From the IMG/VR virus record IMGVR_UViG_3300048849_000138, positions 1 to 33,010 of that record: a DNA stretch of 33,010 bases; one strand, written 5' to 3'. Made by a program: the position numbers and the translations under genes. The notes below the pieces were generated by a model. It was not told where the DNA came from, made no database searches, and saw only the letters and a program-made list of their open reading frames with translations. The DNA comes from a virus (Duplodnaviria > Caudoviricetes). Position 1 is the first letter of the stretch. Each line of letters begins with the position of its first letter. This document shows, piece after piece, positions 1 to 8,603 of the stretch.

Positions 1-303
1 CTAATGCGCCGAAGAATGAAAGGGGAACTCGGTTGCAGCGCACGGCGCCGCCACCGCTTCGAGCTCTCCGATATAGCCGTCCCGCACATTGACCTGGTCG
101 AGCAGCAAAGCGGCGGCCTCGGCGTTCGGCCTCGCCAGGATCTCGGCCCGTGTATAGATGAGCGGCCGCGTGGGCATGGTCTCGATGCAGGGCACGGCCA
201 CCGGTACCCTCACCTCCACGGTACGGACCACCGGCTCGGGCACCGGCCCATTGGTCGCGCATCCAGCGCTACAGAGCGCCGCGAGCAGCATCAAATGTCG
301 CAT
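1..303 (-). CDS. Outer-membrane lipoprotein, o-spanin (Rz1-like)
   Basis: Signal peptide with lipobox-like SAGC, Pro/Val-rich PVPEPVVRTVEVRVPVAVPC segment, last gene of the lysis cassette, overlaps the 3' end of the upstream i-spanin; TAG stop at 1-3. Confidence 0.8.
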   Translation of the reverse strand: MRHLMLLAALCSAGCATNGPVPEPVVRTVEVRVPVAVPCIETMPTRPLIYTRAEILARPNAEAAALLLDQVNVRDGYIGELEAVAAPCAATEFPFHSSAH

Positions 304-665
304 CGCATGTCTCCGGTTTTGTCGTTTCGAATGATTTCTTGCAGCACGCCGTTCTGTGCCTTCAGTTCGCCCGTCGTTGCCTGGGCGGCCCGCAGCGCCT
401 CCTCGCCGCGTCCCTTGAGCGTGCGCGCGGCCTTGGCCAGGTCAGCTACCGCCTTGTTCTGCGCCTCGATGCCGGACTCCAGCGTCGCCGTATTGCCGCG
501 GCACTGCGCCAGGTCTCCGGCCAGCACGCCCACCGCCGCCACGGCTGTATCCCGCGCACGCCGTGCCTCGTTCCGCGCGGACGCGATGCTCACCACCGCC
601 ACGAGCAGTGCCAGCACGGCGGTCAGCAGCAGGCCGGCCGCCACCTTCCACGGCGCCGCCGTCAT
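291..665 (-). CDS. Inner-membrane spanin (Rz-like), 124 aa
   Basis: Start reassigned to ATG 665 (MTAAPWKVAAGLLLTAVLALLV), ATGA-coupled to the upstream stop; one N-terminal TM, long coiled coil (LAQCRGNTATLESGIEAQNKAV), C-terminal Cys. Confidence 0.8.
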   Translation of the reverse strand: MTAAPWKVAAGLLLTAVLALLVAVVSIASARNEARRARDTAVAAVGVLAGDLAQCRGNTATLESGIEAQNKAVADLAKAARTLKGRGEEALRAAQATTGELKAQNGVLQEIIRNDKTGDMRCDI

Positions 666-829
666 GCCCGACCTCGCGCGCATTGCTGGTACATATGCGC
701 CATGACGCGCATGTGGGCGACGGGCTCTGCGTCGGCTGCCAAATGCGGGAGCGGCGGGCACGGCGGCGCCACCGGTGGTGTGCTGCACGCGGCCAGCACC
801 AGCACCATCACGATCAGCGAGGCCCTCAT
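662..829 (-). CDS. Small lipoprotein, 55 aa (second o-spanin-like)
   Basis: MRASLIVMVLVLAAC lipobox, Pro-rich linker STPPVAPPCPPLP, two further Cys; ATGA overlaps at both ends. Confidence 0.65.
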   Translation of the reverse strand: MRASLIVMVLVLAACSTPPVAPPCPPLPHLAADAEPVAHMRVMAHMYQQCARGRA

Positions 830-1284
830 GGCGTCGGCTCCACGATGGCGCGGTTGGCCTGCTCGATCGCGGCATTCAGCTCGCGGCGCGCCTCCTCGGG
901 CACGGCCGGCCGCTTTGCCACCGCCGCCGCCGTGGCGCCCGCGGCCTTGGCTGCCGCCGCAGCACCAGCAGCTGCACGCGCGGAGGTCTTCGCCGCAGCT
1001 TCGGAAGTGCGCGCCGCGGTGCCGGTGGTGGCGGTGAGCTCGATCAGGCGGCCAGATAACCACCCTAGCTGCTCCTCCTTGCTCCTCAGCAGCGCGGCGG
1101 TCGCGGCCTGCAACCGGTCGATCTCCGCGCGGTGCTGGTCCTGGGCGGCAGTCACCGCCGCAGCCAGCTCGATGCGGGCGCCGGAATATCCAGCCACGGC
1201 ACCGCCCAGCGCGATCAGCAGCAGCAGGGACACCACCGGCACCACTTTCCACCAACCTCGGTCGTGCTTGCATTCCGTCGTCAT
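826..1284 (-). CDS. Single-TM coiled-coil membrane protein, 152 aa (second i-spanin-like)
   Basis: ATG 1284 (MTTECKHDRGWWKVVPVVSLLLLIALGG) overlaps the upstream stop; N-terminal TM then an Ala-rich helical domain. Confidence 0.6.
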   Translation of the reverse strand: MTTECKHDRGWWKVVPVVSLLLLIALGGAVAGYSGARIELAAAVTAAQDQHRAEIDRLQAATAALLRSKEEQLGWLSGRLIELTATTGTAARTSEAAAKTSARAAAGAAAAAKAAGATAAAVAKRPAVPEEARRELNAAIEQANRAIVEPTP

Positions 1285-1601
1285 GGTTTTCCTTCCAATT
1301 TGTCGACCTTGGCCTGCAGCAGCTCGATCTGAGCCGTGAGCCGCTCGATCTTTCCGGTCATCTCGCCGATGCGCTCGTACAGCCCGTTTCGCTCGCCAGC
1401 GAAGCGGTCGGCGCGTTCGCGCTCGGTCTTGAGTTGCTCCTGCAGGAACTCGATCATCTCGACGCGGGCATTGCCCTCGGCGCGCGCCTGGCGATCGCTC
1501 TGCAGCCATTTGTAGGCGCCGACCAGCACCGCGATCACCACTGTGCTGATGCCCGACACCGTCAGCGGCAAATTCGCCACTCCCCCGAGTTCTTCCATCA
1601 C
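1281..1601 (-). CDS. Putative holin-like protein (N-terminal TM + coiled coil)
   Basis: Hydrophobic ISTVVIAVLVGAY followed by a charged coiled coil; coupled to the endolysin stop. Confidence 0.5.
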   Translation of the reverse strand: MMEELGGVANLPLTVSGISTVVIAVLVGAYKWLQSDRQARAEGNARVEMIEFLQEQLKTERERADRFAGERNGLYERIGEMTGKIERLTAQIELLQAKVDKLEGKP

Positions 1602-2083
1602 GCCTCCAGTCGGCCGCCGGCGCGCACGAACACGATGCGCAGCTTGTCGAGGTCGTGCTCAAACTGGCCGTAGCCGGCGCCCGGCAGGCTGGCCCAGATG
1701 TTCCGGCACTTAGCCACGGCGGCATCGAAGCGGCCGGCCAGAATGTCGTCGATCGCGCGACGCTCGCGGATCTGCTGCAGGGCGATGCGGTCCTGGTTCA
1801 CCGGCGAGAAGTCGGCCAGGCGCAGCTGGGCGCTGTACGCGTCCCAATACCGCGCGAGCAGCTGGTACCGGCCGGCCGCCGTGGACTTGATGCCGAGGCG
1901 CGGCAGGTCGACCAACACGCGCGGATGCGCCGCGTAGCTGGTGAAGCGTGTGCGGCCGACGATCTGGTCGTAGCCGTCATCACGCGTGGTTGGGGAGTTG
2001 CTCGTGCCCTCCGAGAAGGCGAGCATGTCGAGGAAGGCGAGCAGGTTCGACCCGCCCGCCTCCTGTTGGGTGATGCGCGGCAT
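1598..2083 (-). CDS. Endolysin, lambda R-type lysozyme/lytic transglycosylase
   Basis: AFLDMLAFSEGT (catalytic Glu), STAAGRYQ, DFSPVNQD, IWASLPGAGYGQ motifs typical of the lambda R family. Confidence 0.93.
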   Translation of the reverse strand: MPRITQQEAGGSNLLAFLDMLAFSEGTSNSPTTRDDGYDQIVGRTRFTSYAAHPRVLVDLPRLGIKSTAAGRYQLLARYWDAYSAQLRLADFSPVNQDRIALQQIRERRAIDDILAGRFDAAVAKCRNIWASLPGAGYGQFEHDLDKLRIVFVRAGGRLEA

Positions 2084-2097
2084 GGGATCTCCAGACT

Positions 2098-2120
2098 AAA
2101 AAAAACCGCCAGGTGGCGGT
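2098..2120 (-). terminator. Intrinsic terminator directly upstream of the endolysin
   Basis: Minus strand ACCGCC-ACCT-GGCGGT followed by a run of T. Confidence 0.8.
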
Positions 2121-2803
2121 CAGGGGTTGTCGGTGGCGGGGATGGGCGGGGGCGCTGCAGGCTCCCATCGTCGGATCGGGTTCACGTGCGTGGCCACCAT
2201 GGCGGTGTCGGGCATCACCAGTTTCCATCCCACGTTGATGCGCACGTACCGCGTGCCGCCGCGGCGGTAGAACAGCTGGCCGCGCAGGTGGAAAGCGGTG
2301 CGCACCAGGACGCCCGCGGCGGGCCGCTCGGCGACGTACAGCGCCCAGCTGTTCGCGCCGGTGTCCCAGGCAGCGCCGCGCGTCGTATTGAGCACGGTGA
2401 CGGCGCCGGCCTGCGCGAAGCCCAAGACCTGCGCGCGGAACCCGTATGCGGGGTTGCGCCACAGCCAGTACACCCGCGCCAGGTACCGCAGCCAGCGCGA
2501 CACGCGGAAGTCGGCCGGCGTCTTGCCGACGAACCGGTCGAAGTTCTTCAGGAACAGCCCGTCGGTGCGCCAGGGCTCATCACCGCGCGACGGCCGCCAG
2601 ATCTCATCGAGCGGGAAGTCGTGCGACTGGAACCAGGACAGCCAGCGCGGCAGATCGCCCTGCTTCGTGTGCGGATCCTCGGTGACGAAGGCGGCCAGCG
2701 CGAGCAGCGGCGCCAGCACCCAGGTAAGCAGCACGGCGACGATGGACAACAGCGCGCAGGGCACGTACCGCACCACGGCCAGGGTGAGAGCGAGTCGGTT
2801 CAT
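2120..2803 (-). CDS. Phage membrane protein of unknown function, 227 aa
   Basis: ATG 2803 (MNRLALTLAVV) overlaps the upstream stop; hydrophobic N-terminus; LPRWLSWFQSHD and WLWRNPAYGF motifs recalled from phage genes between fibre and lysis genes. Confidence 0.7.
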   Translation of the reverse strand: MNRLALTLAVVRYVPCALLSIVAVLLTWVLAPLLALAAFVTEDPHTKQGDLPRWLSWFQSHDFPLDEIWRPSRGDEPWRTDGLFLKNFDRFVGKTPADFRVSRWLRYLARVYWLWRNPAYGFRAQVLGFAQAGAVTVLNTTRGAAWDTGANSWALYVAERPAAGVLVRTAFHLRGQLFYRRGGTRYVRINVGWKLVMPDTAMVATHVNPIRRWEPAAPPPIPATDNP

Positions 2804-3174
2804 TCGGGTAGCTCCAGGGTGGGAAGAACAGCGAACAACGCGGCCGGCGTCGGTTCCAGCGCGCGGCCGGCAGCCACCTCGGCGAGCAGCCAGTAGCAGA
2901 ACGCCCAGACCTTGCTGCGCCACGCGCGGAACGCCTGGCCCTCGGCCTGGAACTTCGGCACCGCGGGCTCCTCGGCGTAGGTGACAGCAGTCGCAACGTC
3001 GTCGTAGCCTCGCGCCCGCGCCGCGGCATCCATGTGCTCCTGGACCGCGTCCTGGAGGGCCTTCGCCCGCTCGTCGAACGTCGGGGCCGCGGCAGCCTGT
3101 GCTTCAAGGTGTGCGGCCTCCTCCTCGGGGGTCATGTCGACCAGCTGGCCGTCGATTACGTGCTTGAGGGTCAT
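2800..3174 (-). CDS. Tail fibre assembly/chaperone-like protein
   Basis: Follows the fibre gene with ATGA overlap; AVQEHMDAAARARGYD...FQAEGQAFRAWRSKVW motif common in fibre-associated small proteins. Confidence 0.65.
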   Translation of the reverse strand: MTLKHVIDGQLVDMTPEEEAAHLEAQAAAAPTFDERAKALQDAVQEHMDAAARARGYDDVATAVTYAEEPAVPKFQAEGQAFRAWRSKVWAFCYWLLAEVAAGRALEPTPAALFAVLPTLELPE

Positions 3175-5072
3175 GTGCGGTATCCGTAGGTGGTGATGCG
3201 GGCGAGCCCGCCGATGTTGCCGGCGGCCATCTTCAGGGTCATGCCCACGATCGATGTCGACGCCAACGTGGTACTGCCGGCGAACGAGTACGCCGCGGGA
3301 GCTGTTGTGGCCCTATTTCGGACCAAAACGCCCTTCCCGAATACCGACCCGGACGCGGTTGGGCTGCGGGGTATGTCAATCGAGAAGGTCGCCCAATGCG
3401 TGCCATCGACGGCATCGATTGGCGGCGTGAGGTAAATCGCCGCAGTCGCTGGGTTGGAGTAATCAAAACGAGTTGTGCCCGAGGAACCATCCCGGGCCGA
3501 GGCGTACGCGTTGAACAGCGTGTAGTCTCCCGTGCTGGTCCGAAAGATAAGCGCGGCGGCAGCAGTGGCCGTGGCGCCGTACATCTGTTCGACGTTCACC
3601 TCGATTCGGCTGAACTCGGGGTCGTCGAAGCCCACGGTGAGAGCCACAGAGGCCACGTTCGCGTAGGGGCCAACCTCGCCCAGCTTGACAACCTTCGCCC
3701 GCCCGGCGGTGCTCCAGAACGTCCGCCCGGCAAGGGCTTCAAAGCGGACCGACTCCCCCGGGTACAACCCGATGACCGACTTCGTTGTCGTCTCAATCCC
3801 GCCGGGCGTCTGCACCAGCACGACCGAGGTGAAGCCGTTGTAGAGCGTGACCGTCATGCCGGGGTTTTCCACGGCGGCAGGGAGCGTGACGACCCCCGAG
3901 GTCACGATCGTGAGGTGCGCGCCGTCGTCGGCGCGGAGGACCGTCGTGTCCCCGACGATGGTACGGTTCTGCGTGCCGTGAATGGGTTGCCACGGCCACG
4001 TGTTCGTCGTGCCGTTGGCGTACCAGGCCCTTCGCGTCCAGGCGTGCCCGCTGCCGTCCACGGCGGTCTGGACGAAGAAGTAGTCGGTGGCGCTGCTCTT
4101 GGCGAGGTATTCGACCTCCACGGCGTAGTTAGTGGCGACGCCCGGAACCGGGGCGTCGTTTGCACTGGTGAGGCCGTAGTACGCCCCGGGCGCGACCAGG
4201 CTGTTGAAGGCAAAGTTGCTCGTGAGGGCCGCGGCCTCGGCCGGCAACGGATCATCCTGGGGGAAGACGCCAGATCCGTCAGTCCACAGGCTTCGACGCC
4301 GCTGATTTGGGACGACGACGACGTTCGTCGAGGAGGTCGCCTTGATCGAGACGGAGAATCCCCCCGAGGTCGCGTTGTAGATCGTCCAGCGATTGGCGCC
4401 GCTGGGAACGGTCACCACGGCTGCGGCCGTCAGGGTGCCGATCAACATGAGCGTGCCGCAGTCGGCCTGGCCGGCGGTCAGCGTCGTGTCGCCGGTGATG
4501 CTCACGGCATTTTGAGACTTGGCCGACCTGTGGACTCCAAGCGTGGTCGCGACGCTCCCGTCCCTCGTCCCTTGAGCAGGGGTCGAGGCGGCCATCACCG
4601 TGTTGTTGAGGGTCAGGACCTTCGTGCTCTTGTTGAAAGAGAGAATCTGGCCCGTCAGGTTTGTGCTCGGATCGAACGATTGGAGACGCAAACTCCCAGC
4701 CCCGTCGCGAACGAACAGGTAATCGTTGTTTCCTGCTGGGTCTTGGAAGACCAGCAGGGGGTTGTTCCCGGTCTCATTCGCGGCCTTGATCGACACCTGG
4801 CCGGTGAACGCCTGCGAGCCTGGCTTCGCGAGTAGCTCGTTGATCGCGCCGACGATGTTCTTCGTGACCGTCGACAGCTGGGACGGGTCGCCAACATCGG
4901 CCTTGGTGGCGAGGAGGGCGAGCGCCGCCGTCAGGCCCTCGACGTCGTCGATGGTCGGGTCGGCGATCGCGCGCGCCACGGCGTCCCAGGCCGCGCCGTT
5001 GAAGCGCCACAACCGGCCGTTGAACTCGTACTCTTGGCCCGCGAGGGGATTTGCGGGAAAGCTGAGGGGCAT
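3171..5072 (-). CDS. Tail fibre / receptor-binding protein, 633 aa
   Basis: LSTVTKNIVGAINEL fibre motif, Thr/Ser-rich beta segments, knob-like segment FNSLVAPGAYYG...WTRRAWY...WPWQ; position after the tail tip genes. Confidence 0.8.
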   Translation of the reverse strand: MPLSFPANPLAGQEYEFNGRLWRFNGAAWDAVARAIADPTIDDVEGLTAALALLATKADVGDPSQLSTVTKNIVGAINELLAKPGSQAFTGQVSIKAANETGNNPLLVFQDPAGNNDYLFVRDGAGSLRLQSFDPSTNLTGQILSFNKSTKVLTLNNTVMAASTPAQGTRDGSVATTLGVHRSAKSQNAVSITGDTTLTAGQADCGTLMLIGTLTAAAVVTVPSGANRWTIYNATSGGFSVSIKATSSTNVVVVPNQRRRSLWTDGSGVFPQDDPLPAEAAALTSNFAFNSLVAPGAYYGLTSANDAPVPGVATNYAVEVEYLAKSSATDYFFVQTAVDGSGHAWTRRAWYANGTTNTWPWQPIHGTQNRTIVGDTTVLRADDGAHLTIVTSGVVTLPAAVENPGMTVTLYNGFTSVVLVQTPGGIETTTKSVIGLYPGESVRFEALAGRTFWSTAGRAKVVKLGEVGPYANVASVALTVGFDDPEFSRIEVNVEQMYGATATAAAALIFRTSTGDYTLFNAYASARDGSSGTTRFDYSNPATAAIYLTPPIDAVDGTHWATFSIDIPRSPTASGSVFGKGVLVRNRATTAPAAYSFAGSTTLASTSIVGMTLKMAAGNIGGLARITTYGYRT

Positions 5073-5084
5073 CTCTCTGTCCTG

Positions 5085-7775
5085 TTAGGTGACGTCGCGC
5101 GCGGTCAAGGCGTTGACCTGAAACCACGCGTCGACGGTGGGCGCGGCGGCCGCGGCCGACTGCTGGAAGATCGGCAGGCACTTGGCCGCGCCGGCCGGGG
5201 CGACCGCCCGCACGTAGAACGTCCCAGACTCCAACGCGAGGCCCGGCGTGCCGACCAGCCACTCGAACTTGACTTGGACGTCGTTCGCGTCGTGCCACAC
5301 CAGGGCCATCAGGCCGTTGAAGGTGTCGGGCTGGGCGGCGTCGAACGCCGACTCGAGGCGCCCCACGAAGTCGTAGGCGCGGCCCGGGACAACGGGGAAG
5401 TTGGGGATGCCGACGTTGCCGTCGTTCGGCGCCGCCCCGGCGGACCTGGTGAGCCGCAGCCAGCGCCCCCGGGGCGCGCCGGGCACCAGGCTGGCGCCGT
5501 GGGTGCCCCACGAGTACAGCCCCTGCGGGACGCCGGGCGTGCCGCTGTCGGCGGTGAACAGGCCGCGCGTCATCAGGTTCGAGGTGTCGAGGTCCGTCGC
5601 GGCGATGAGCGGCGCGCCGTCCTGCGGGACGCCCGCGAACAGGCTGTCGGCCAGGGCGTAGCTGGCGATCGCCGCGGCGCCCGCGTCCGTCGGGTGCGTG
5701 CCGTCGGTGGTGAGCGCCGCGGGGATCGTGCCCGTGGCCGGGTCGGCCAGGGCCGCGAACGCGTCCAGCAGCGGGAAGCCGCGGCGCGTCCGCAGCCGGT
5801 GCACGTGGGCGTTCCAGCGGCAGATGCGCGGCAGGCTGCCCGTGATGTCCCCGCGCGGGGGCACCGTCCACAGGACCGGCAGTATGCCCGCGACGACGAG
5901 GGCCGAGCACATGCGCTCGACCGCCTGGAAGCCCGCGTCCACCGTCATGTCGTCGAAGTAGTTGTTGCTGCCCGCCGCCACCACGCACGCACGGGGAGGC
6001 GGGTCCATAGCGAGGACCTGCGGCAGCAGCTCCGCCTCGATCTCCTGGGCCGTCTTGCCGCCGATCGCGAACGTCTCGCGGCGCCGGTAAAGCTGGTGCG
6101 AGTAGAAGCAGAGCCGGGTGAGCCAGTCGCCCTTTTCGCCGTATCCGTAGGCGGTGATGCTGTCGCCCACCGCAGTGATCCCCACCGCGTCGGCGCGGGC
6201 GCCGCCTGGCTCGCCGCCAGCCGTCACGACGGGGATGCGCTCGACCCAGCCGGGCGCCCCCGCCCCGACCGTGTAGGTGTAGCTGATGCCCGTCGTGGTG
6301 TTGAGCCACTGGTCGCCGGGCTTCGGGTTCGCGGGCGGCTCGGCAGATGCGGTCTCGTACCCGGCGCTGGCGGCCGTGAGAGCTTCCGGCAGGCCGGGGA
6401 TATCGTCCATCGCCCCCGTATAGGCGACGGCGGCGAGCGCCTCCCCCAGCGTCTCTACCTCTGCCGCTGCGGTGCCAGCCGGATCCGCGCCGACATCAGC
6501 CGCGGTCAGCGGGACGTCGCCGTCCGCACCGGGCGACACGCCTGCAACGGTCTTCACCTGGCCGGCCGCAGCGAGCGCCGCCTGCAGACCCGGAATGTCG
6601 CCGATCTGCAGGGTAATGTTGCCCTCGATGGCCGGGACATTGTTCACGCTGTTGGCGGTGCCGGTGCCCGTGCCGTCCGCGCCCCGCCCGCCCCGCACGT
6701 TGATCGCAAGGGCCGGGTCGGCTACCACGCCGGACTCGGCCAGGTAGCCGGCGGCCGGCGGCGTGCCCACACCACCCGCCCAGGACAGCACGCGCATGAC
6801 GCGACGTTCGCCGTCCGCCGCCAGCGCAACGGTGGGCGTCCAGCCGTTGCCGTGGGCCTGCACGCTGGCCAGGATCGCCGCAGCGGCCTCGACGTGACCC
6901 TCGGCGGTATCTGCTGCGGCCAGCGCATCGGTGGCGCCCTGGATGGCCTCTCCGCGCGCCGTCACTACGATCTGGCGATCCGCTGCCGTTGCCTCGGCGT
7001 CCGCCGCAGTCGCCTGGGCCTTCGAGGTCGCGGTGCCGGCGGCGGTCACGGCCTCACCGCGCGCCGCGTCCGTGGCTTGGCGATCAGCGCCAGTCGCTTC
7101 GGCATCGGCTGCCGTCTGCTGTGCCTTCGCGATCGCGGTGGCGGCCGCCGCAACCGCCTCGCTGCGGGCCTGGGCGGTGGCCTGCCGATCGGCGGCGGTC
7201 TCCCGGGCGTCGGCCGTCGTCTGCTCGGCCTTGCCGGTGGCCGTGTCGGCAGCTGCGGCCGCCTGCGCACGAGACTGCTCCGACGCGTTCGCGGCGGTCG
7301 TGACCTTGCCCACTTCGGTCGAGATGGAGGACAGCGCCGCGCTCGATGCCTGGCTCAGGTCCTGCAGCGCGCTAGCGCGCGCCGTGCTGATGCCGTCCAG
7401 TGCGGTCGTCGACGCGGTGCCGATCTCGTCGATCCCCGCGGCCAGCTGCTGGCCGAGGCTGTCAGCGCCATCGGCGACGATCTGCGCCACGGCCGCACGG
7501 TCCTGCGCGGTCGCCTCGGCGGCAGCGTCGGCCGCGACCTGCTGCCGGCCGGCCTCCACCTCTGCGGCCTTCTCGGTTGCCGTCAGGCCCGCCGCCACCG
7601 CGATGGCGCGGTACCCGTCCGCCTGGTCGCGAGCCGTGAACGTGTCATCGCGCGCGGCCTCGGCTTGGCGGATGGCCTCAGCGGCGCCATCGACGGCCCC
7701 GGCGACGCTGTCATCCAGCTCGTTGAGCTTGCGGATGGCGTCGGGCCCCTTCATGCCCGTCTTGAAACGTCCCAT
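5085..7775 (-). CDS. Tail fibre/spike with Ala-rich coiled stalk and SGNH/GDSL hydrolase domain, 896 aa
   Basis: SGNH blocks AVGDSIT, FAIGG, AGSNN and DGTHP all intact; N-terminal Ala-rich repeats; C-terminal beta-rich domain. Confidence 0.85.
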   Translation of the reverse strand: MGRFKTGMKGPDAIRKLNELDDSVAGAVDGAAEAIRQAEAARDDTFTARDQADGYRAIAVAAGLTATEKAAEVEAGRQQVAADAAAEATAQDRAAVAQIVADGADSLGQQLAAGIDEIGTASTTALDGISTARASALQDLSQASSAALSSISTEVGKVTTAANASEQSRAQAAAAADTATGKAEQTTADARETAADRQATAQARSEAVAAAATAIAKAQQTAADAEATGADRQATDAARGEAVTAAGTATSKAQATAADAEATAADRQIVVTARGEAIQGATDALAAADTAEGHVEAAAAILASVQAHGNGWTPTVALAADGERRVMRVLSWAGGVGTPPAAGYLAESGVVADPALAINVRGGRGADGTGTGTANSVNNVPAIEGNITLQIGDIPGLQAALAAAGQVKTVAGVSPGADGDVPLTAADVGADPAGTAAAEVETLGEALAAVAYTGAMDDIPGLPEALTAASAGYETASAEPPANPKPGDQWLNTTTGISYTYTVGAGAPGWVERIPVVTAGGEPGGARADAVGITAVGDSITAYGYGEKGDWLTRLCFYSHQLYRRRETFAIGGKTAQEIEAELLPQVLAMDPPPRACVVAAGSNNYFDDMTVDAGFQAVERMCSALVVAGILPVLWTVPPRGDITGSLPRICRWNAHVHRLRTRRGFPLLDAFAALADPATGTIPAALTTDGTHPTDAGAAAIASYALADSLFAGVPQDGAPLIAATDLDTSNLMTRGLFTADSGTPGVPQGLYSWGTHGASLVPGAPRGRWLRLTRSAGAAPNDGNVGIPNFPVVPGRAYDFVGRLESAFDAAQPDTFNGLMALVWHDANDVQVKFEWLVGTPGLALESGTFYVRAVAPAGAAKCLPIFQQSAAAAAPTVDAWFQVNALTARDVT
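6927..7241 (-). repeat. Three tandem 105-bp (35-aa) Ala-rich coding repeats
   Basis: ATGKAEQTTADARETAADRQATAQARSEAVAAAAT / AIAKAQQTAADAEATGADRQATDAARGEAVTAAGT / ATSKAQATAADAEATAADRQIVVTARGEAIQGATD. Confidence 0.85.
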
Positions 7776-7778
7776 CGT

Positions 7779-8600
7779 TCACCACCCTTGCAGTTGAATT
7801 TTCGTCGTGAACAGGCGCGCGGCCGCGGCCACCACGCCGGCCCGCGGCATGTGGCCGTAGATCATGTGGTCTTGCTCGAGCAGCGGATCGTCGTCGCCAG
7901 GGAACACGCTCACGAAGATCCGGCGCCCGCCTTCAGTGCTGCGAAGGATCTGCATGAACCGCGCGCGGTCGTCCGGCCGCAACACCGAGAGATCCATCGC
8001 CATCTGGTCGTAACCTGGGCCCCGCTCGGTACGCAGGTCGCCGCTGTCGGCGCGCGTGCCGGTCGTGGTGTCCACGCGCTCCAGCGTCAGGCCGTAATCA
8101 GGGTTGTGTTCCGGCGACCAGTACCCGCCCGCCACGATGCGCGAGCAATCGATGTAGCCGGCAGGGTTCTGCGGATCCGAGATTGTGATTTCCAGCCGGC
8201 GCGCGGCGACGTGGTCCGGCAGCCAGGCGGCTACCTTCACCGCACCGCCGAACGCGAACGCATTGCTGTTCAGCGGCAGCGTCCAGTCCCACATATCCAT
8301 CACCGCCGCCGGCGCGGCCAGCTGCTCGCCGGTGTCGGCCAGCAGGATGTCGTCCGCGTCGAATGCCCGCACGCGGATGAGGGCGTCGGGCGTGGCGTTG
8401 GTCGCCGGCAGCCCCACCCCCGCCACCGTTTCGTCAGTCGGCCAAGCCAGCGTGTACGTGACCTCGGGTCCTATCGATCGATGCGCCAGGCCCTTGATGT
8501 CCGACAGCAGGTGCGCCGGCACCATCTGCCCGAACGTGCTGCTGGCCGTAACCACCGCGCGGTCGGCAGCGTTGTCGTAGATGACGCGGAGGTTCGCCAC
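7779..8600 (-). CDS. Tail tip protein, 273 aa (possibly Dit-like or fibre adaptor)
   Basis: GTG start, clean high-GC3 ORF in the tail tip cluster; function inferred from position only. Confidence 0.6.
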   Translation of the reverse strand: MANLRVIYDNAADRAVVTASSTFGQMVPAHLLSDIKGLAHRSIGPEVTYTLAWPTDETVAGVGLPATNATPDALIRVRAFDADDILLADTGEQLAAPAAVMDMWDWTLPLNSNAFAFGGAVKVAAWLPDHVAARRLEITISDPQNPAGYIDCSRIVAGGYWSPEHNPDYGLTLERVDTTTGTRADSGDLRTERGPGYDQMAMDLSVLRPDDRARFMQILRSTEGGRRIFVSVFPGDDDPLLEQDHMIYGHMPRAGVVAAAARLFTTKIQLQGW

Positions 8601-8603
8601 GGG

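Noticed and set aside
2800-7775. Possible tail fibre switching (invertase or diversity-generating retroelement)
   Set aside because: No recombinase, reverse transcriptase, inverted fibre cassette or template/variable repeat pair seen by eye.
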